NCBI GenBank assembly: GCA_026395215.1
Contig: JAPLZC010000006.1
Coordinates: 8,081-72,080, forward strand
Source of the DNA: Candidatus Staskawiczbacteria bacterium
Lineage (GTDB): Bacteria; Patescibacteriota; Minisyncoccia; Minisyncoccales; Staskawiczbacteraceae
Direction of reading: 5' to 3'
Length of the DNA: 64,000 nucleotides
The notes below the pieces were generated by a model. That model was not told where the DNA came from, made no database searches, and worked only from the letters and a program-made list of their open reading frames with translations. The translations under genes and the position numbers were made by a program. This document shows positions 61,045-64,000 of this stretch, one piece after another. Numbering within the stretch: position 1 is the first letter of the stretch; every line of letters starts with the position of its first letter.

Positions 61045-61365
61045 GAACTCATTTATTATTTGTGCCCTTAATCTTACACGATTGGAACGGAATTGTCCAC
61101 GAGATAAAAGAATATGCCGAAATTGCCAGGGCCTACAATGAAAGTCAGCTTTCAGCTTGTTAGGATATATAGTAGTAAAACTAAACTACCTATATAATAT
61201 CACATTAACTCAAAACATAAAGATGGCCGCATCCCCCACTCTTAAGGTGTGGACTTTTTATTTACCACTTAATTGTTGCGGCGACAATTAAGTTTTTTTG
61301 TGCTTGAAAAGAAGCTTGACAAATGGTAAATTAAAATAATAAACGGGAGTAAAAAATAGTTGAAA

Positions 61366-61539
61366 ATGCTTACAGACGAACAACTGGAGGAGTTTAGGAA
61401 AATTTATAAGGCAAAGTTTGGGAAAGAAATAACGAAGGCTGAAGCTCTGGCTAAGGGCCTACCTTTGGTTAATATGATGAAGACGATTTTACTGGAAAAT
61501 GAGAGACAAGACAATTTAGAAAATAACAAAAATAAATAA
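61366..61539 (+). CDS. small helical hypothetical protein (57 aa, not in the ORF track)
   Basis: MLTDEQLEEFRKIYKAKFGKEITKAEALAKGLPLVNMMKTILLENERQ.. ends 4 nt before the hsdM ATG. Promoter-like TTGACA at 61315-61320. Confidence 0.4.
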   Translation: MLTDEQLEEFRKIYKAKFGKEITKAEALAKGLPLVNMMKTILLENERQDNLENNKNK

Positions 61540-61543
61540 AATT

Positions 61544-63121
61544 ATGACTGACGAACAAAAAAAGATATTAGAAAGGCAGTTGTGGGGCGTAGCAAATGCG
61601 CTTCGTGGAAAAATGAATGCTGATGAATATAAAAATTATATCCTCGGTTTTATTTTCTACAAATACCTTTCTGAAAAACTTGAGCAGTATGTGAATAAAA
61701 AATTGCTCGTCCGTGAAAAATTTACTTTTGCGGAGATAAAAGAAAATACGCAGGAAGGTAAAAAATATCTGGAACACATTAAAACCGCATGTGTCGGCCA
61801 TCTTGGATTTTTTTTGAAGCCAATAGAGCTTTTTTCATATCTGGTTAAAAAGGGTAAGGGAGAAATAAAAGATAAAGATACATTTATTCTTGAAGATTTA
61901 AAAAATGTTCTTAATGCCATAGAAAAAACTTCTGCCGGAACTGCAAGCGAAGACGACTTTAAGGGACTTTTTGATGACGTGGATTTAACATCTTCAAAGC
62001 TTGGCTCAAGAGAGAAAGAGAAAAACGAGGTTGTGGTTGAAGTTCTCTCACTATTGGACGGCATTGATTTTCAACTTGAAAATGCCAAAAGTGATTTGCT
62101 TGGCGATGCTTACGAATACTTAATTGGTGAATTTGCAGCCGGCTCGGGCAAAAAAGGCGGTGAATTTTACACGCCTGCGCAAGTGTCCCGACTGCTTGCT
62201 CAAATCGCCTCAAATGATAAAAAGCGTGTGCGTTCGGTTTATGATGCTGCTTGCGGTTCGGGTTCGCTCCTGCTTCGTCTTGGCGAGTTTACCGAAGTTA
62301 CAAATTACTACGGACAAGAGCTAAATCCTACTACCTACAACCTTGCAAGAATGAATATGATTTTGCATGGCGTGCAATTTGATCGTTTTTCTCTTCTACG
62401 GGGCGACACTTTAACCGAAGACATGCACCCTGACCTTAAGGCGGAAATAATCGTCGCAAATCCACCTTTTTCATTGCAATGGAAGGGGGAAAGCGATCCT
62501 GTGCTGGCTCATGACGACAGATTCTCGCAATATGGCAGACTTGCTCCAAAAAGTGCCGCAGATTATGCCTTTGTGACTCATATGCTATACCATTTGGCAG
62601 ATAACGGCACTATGGCAATTGTATTGCCTCACGGAGCGCTTTTTCGCTCCGGCGCCGAAGGCCAAATCAGAAAATACATAATTGAAAAGCAAAACTATCT
62701 TGATGCGGTTATTGGCTTGCCATCAAACCTATTTTATGGGACAACAATTCCGGCCACAATTTTAGTTTTCAAGAAATGCAGAAAAGATGACGAAGACATT
62801 TTGTTTATTGACGCCTCAAAGGAATTTGAAAAAGTTGGTAACCAAAACAAACTAACTGACGAAAATATCAAGAAAATTTTTGAAACTTACAAAAACCGCA
62901 AAGAGGTTGAAAAATATTCTCACAAAGCAGGCATAGAAGAAATAAAGGAAAACGACTTTAACCTTAATATTCCAAGATATGTGGACACATTTGAAGAAGA
63001 AACTCTGGTTGATATTGAAGCCGTGGCAAAAAATTTGAAAAAATTGCACACAGACGAGACTGATTTGGAAAGCAAAATTGAGAAGTTTTGCAAAGAATTA
63101 AAAATTGATAAGCCGTTTTAA
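61544..63121 (+). CDS. hsdM: type I restriction-modification system methyltransferase subunit
   Basis: HsdM N-terminal block LWGVANALRG..YKNYILGFIFYKYLSEK, SAM motif DAACGSGSLLL and catalytic NPPF. Confidence 0.9.
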   Translation: MTDEQKKILERQLWGVANALRGKMNADEYKNYILGFIFYKYLSEKLEQYVNKKLLVREKFTFAEIKENTQEGKKYLEHIKTACVGHLGFFLKPIELFSYLVKKGKGEIKDKDTFILEDLKNVLNAIEKTSAGTASEDDFKGLFDDVDLTSSKLGSREKEKNEVVVEVLSLLDGIDFQLENAKSDLLGDAYEYLIGEFAAGSGKKGGEFYTPAQVSRLLAQIASNDKKRVRSVYDAACGSGSLLLRLGEFTEVTNYYGQELNPTTYNLARMNMILHGVQFDRFSLLRGDTLTEDMHPDLKAEIIVANPPFSLQWKGESDPVLAHDDRFSQYGRLAPKSAADYAFVTHMLYHLADNGTMAIVLPHGALFRSGAEGQIRKYIIEKQNYLDAVIGLPSNLFYGTTIPATILVFKKCRKDDEDILFIDASKEFEKVGNQNKLTDENIKKIFETYKNRKEVEKYSHKAGIEEIKENDFNLNIPRYVDTFEEETLVDIEAVAKNLKKLHTDETDLESKIEKFCKELKIDKPF

Positions 63122-63123
63122 TT

Positions 63124-64000
63124 ATGCCAACAGCTACGACTTTAAAATTAGAAACTAAAAAATTACCGAAATTACGCTTTCCGGGATTTTCTGATAGATG
63201 GCAAAAAAGAAAGCTGGGTGAAGTTGCTAAATTTTGGAATGGGAAAGCACATGAACAAGATATTTCTGAAAATGGAAAATATATTGTTGTTAATTCAAAA
63301 TTCATTTCACAAAATGGACAGGTTAGGAAATATTCTGATAACCAGAGTTCCCCGCTGAAAAAAGGCGACATTACTATCGTTATGAGCGACATTCCAAATG
63401 GAAAAGCCATAGGGAAATGTTTTTTGGTTGATAAAGATGGTGCATATAGTTTGAACCAAAGAATTGGTGGAATCAAATCAAAAGAGATTGTAAGTCCATT
63501 CTTATTTAGAATAATAAATCGCAATAAATATTTCTTGAAATTTGATAATGGCGTAAGTCAAACAAATCTGCGGAAAAATGATGTTTCGGAATGTCCGGTT
63601 ATTTTTCCATCCACAGATGAGCAACAAAAAATTGCAGATTTTTTGAGTTCAATTGATACTTGGATTGGAAGTTTACAAGCGCAAAAAGAAAATTTTGCAT
63701 CGTACAAAAAAGGAATTATGCAAAAAATCTTTTCACAAGAACTTCGCTTTAAGGATGCTAATGGAAATAATTTTCCGGAATGGGAAGAGAAACAATTGGA
63801 AGACATTTGTGAATATAAAAATGGAGGAGCTTTTGAAAATAATTTAGTTAATAATGGAAAATATAACCTGATTAATTTGAATAGCATTGATATAACTGGG
63901 AAATTAAAAAATAATAATAAAACCGTTGACCATGCAGATTGGTATTTAGAAAAGGATGATTTGATTATGGTTTTAAGCGACGTTGCACACGGATATTTTT
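63124..64000 (+). CDS. hsdS: type I restriction-modification system specificity subunit (partial, runs off the window)
   Basis: ATG lies 2 nt after the hsdM stop and the frame stays open to the window end. Layout is TRD1, then a conserved central helix (EQQKIADFLSSIDTWIGSLQAQKENFASYKKGIMQKIF), then the start of TRD2. Confidence 0.8.
   Translation, partial: MPTATTLKLETKKLPKLRFPGFSDRWQKRKLGEVAKFWNGKAHEQDISENGKYIVVNSKFISQNGQVRKYSDNQSSPLKKGDITIVMSDIPNGKAIGKCFLVDKDGAYSLNQRIGGIKSKEIVSPFLFRIINRNKYFLKFDNGVSQTNLRKNDVSECPVIFPSTDEQQKIADFLSSIDTWIGSLQAQKENFASYKKGIMQKIFSQELRFKDANGNNFPEWEEKQLEDICEYKNGGAFENNLVNNGKYNLINLNSIDITGKLKNNNKTVDHADWYLEKDDLIMVLSDVAHGYF

Noticed and set aside
60966-61163. An approximately 65-codon open frame ending ..HDWNGIVHEIKEYAEIARAYNESQLSAC as a gene.
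   Set aside because: It has no ATG start and it traverses the twin hairpins. Only the last ~28 codons look protein-like. At best it is a decayed gene remnant.

Overview
This is a 64-kb window from an AT-rich, small-genome bacterium. Sampled 60-nt lines give roughly 28-35% GC by eye. Gene content and style look Patescibacteria/CPR-like, which is an inference. Backbone genes are ribosomal proteins (rplJ, rplL, rplU, rplI, rpmA) and a dcw/mur cluster split into four pieces (mraZ-rsmH-ftsL-ftsI; murC; mraY; murI-murD-ftsW-murG). The backbone also carries tyrS, aspS, gltX, efp, pyrG, uppS, mltG, rmuC, prmC, thpR and a Xer-type recombinase. Three tRNAs are present: Val-CAC, Glu-CTC and Ala-GGC. Membrane and envelope functions include a MacAB-type ABC efflux trio, a P-type ATPase, a CaCA antiporter, a Clp/Hsp100-like ATPase, a VirD4/TraD-like ATPase cluster and a giant surface protein. 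A type I R-M system (hsdM plus hsdS) runs off the 3' end of the window. I found no rRNA and no CRISPR array. The feature most worth a second look is a compositional and regulatory mosaic. Nine visibly GC-richer genes sit as separate monocistronic cassettes between backbone operons. Each has a backbone-style TTGACA-type promoter, a long leader, a Shine-Dalgarno motif and its own terminator, whereas the backbone genes I inspected have no SD. The cassette leaders include a T-box riboswitch in front of a 62-aa zinc-ribbon ORF rather than the adjacent tyrS. They also include a leaderless Leu-rich leader peptide with terminator/antiterminator potential, and a 60-nt leader duplicated in front of a FucI-like and a XylA-like isomerase. 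Other notable items:
- A G9 homopolymer splits the giant HYR/TSP1-containing surface protein from its signal peptide.
- A HUH/RAYT-like element with three REP-like hairpins sits in the 5' end of thpR, with a synonymously recoded 41-bp duplication.
- A GIY-YIG cassette sits at the 5' end of tRNA-Val, with a degenerate duplicate of the tRNA 5' end.
- GC-rich mini-palindromes lie in frame inside AT-rich ORFs.
- Families of intercistronic AT-rich word palindromes share a TACGAATTCGTA core.
All functional calls rest on motifs read by eye and remembered family signatures. No searches or folding programs were run.
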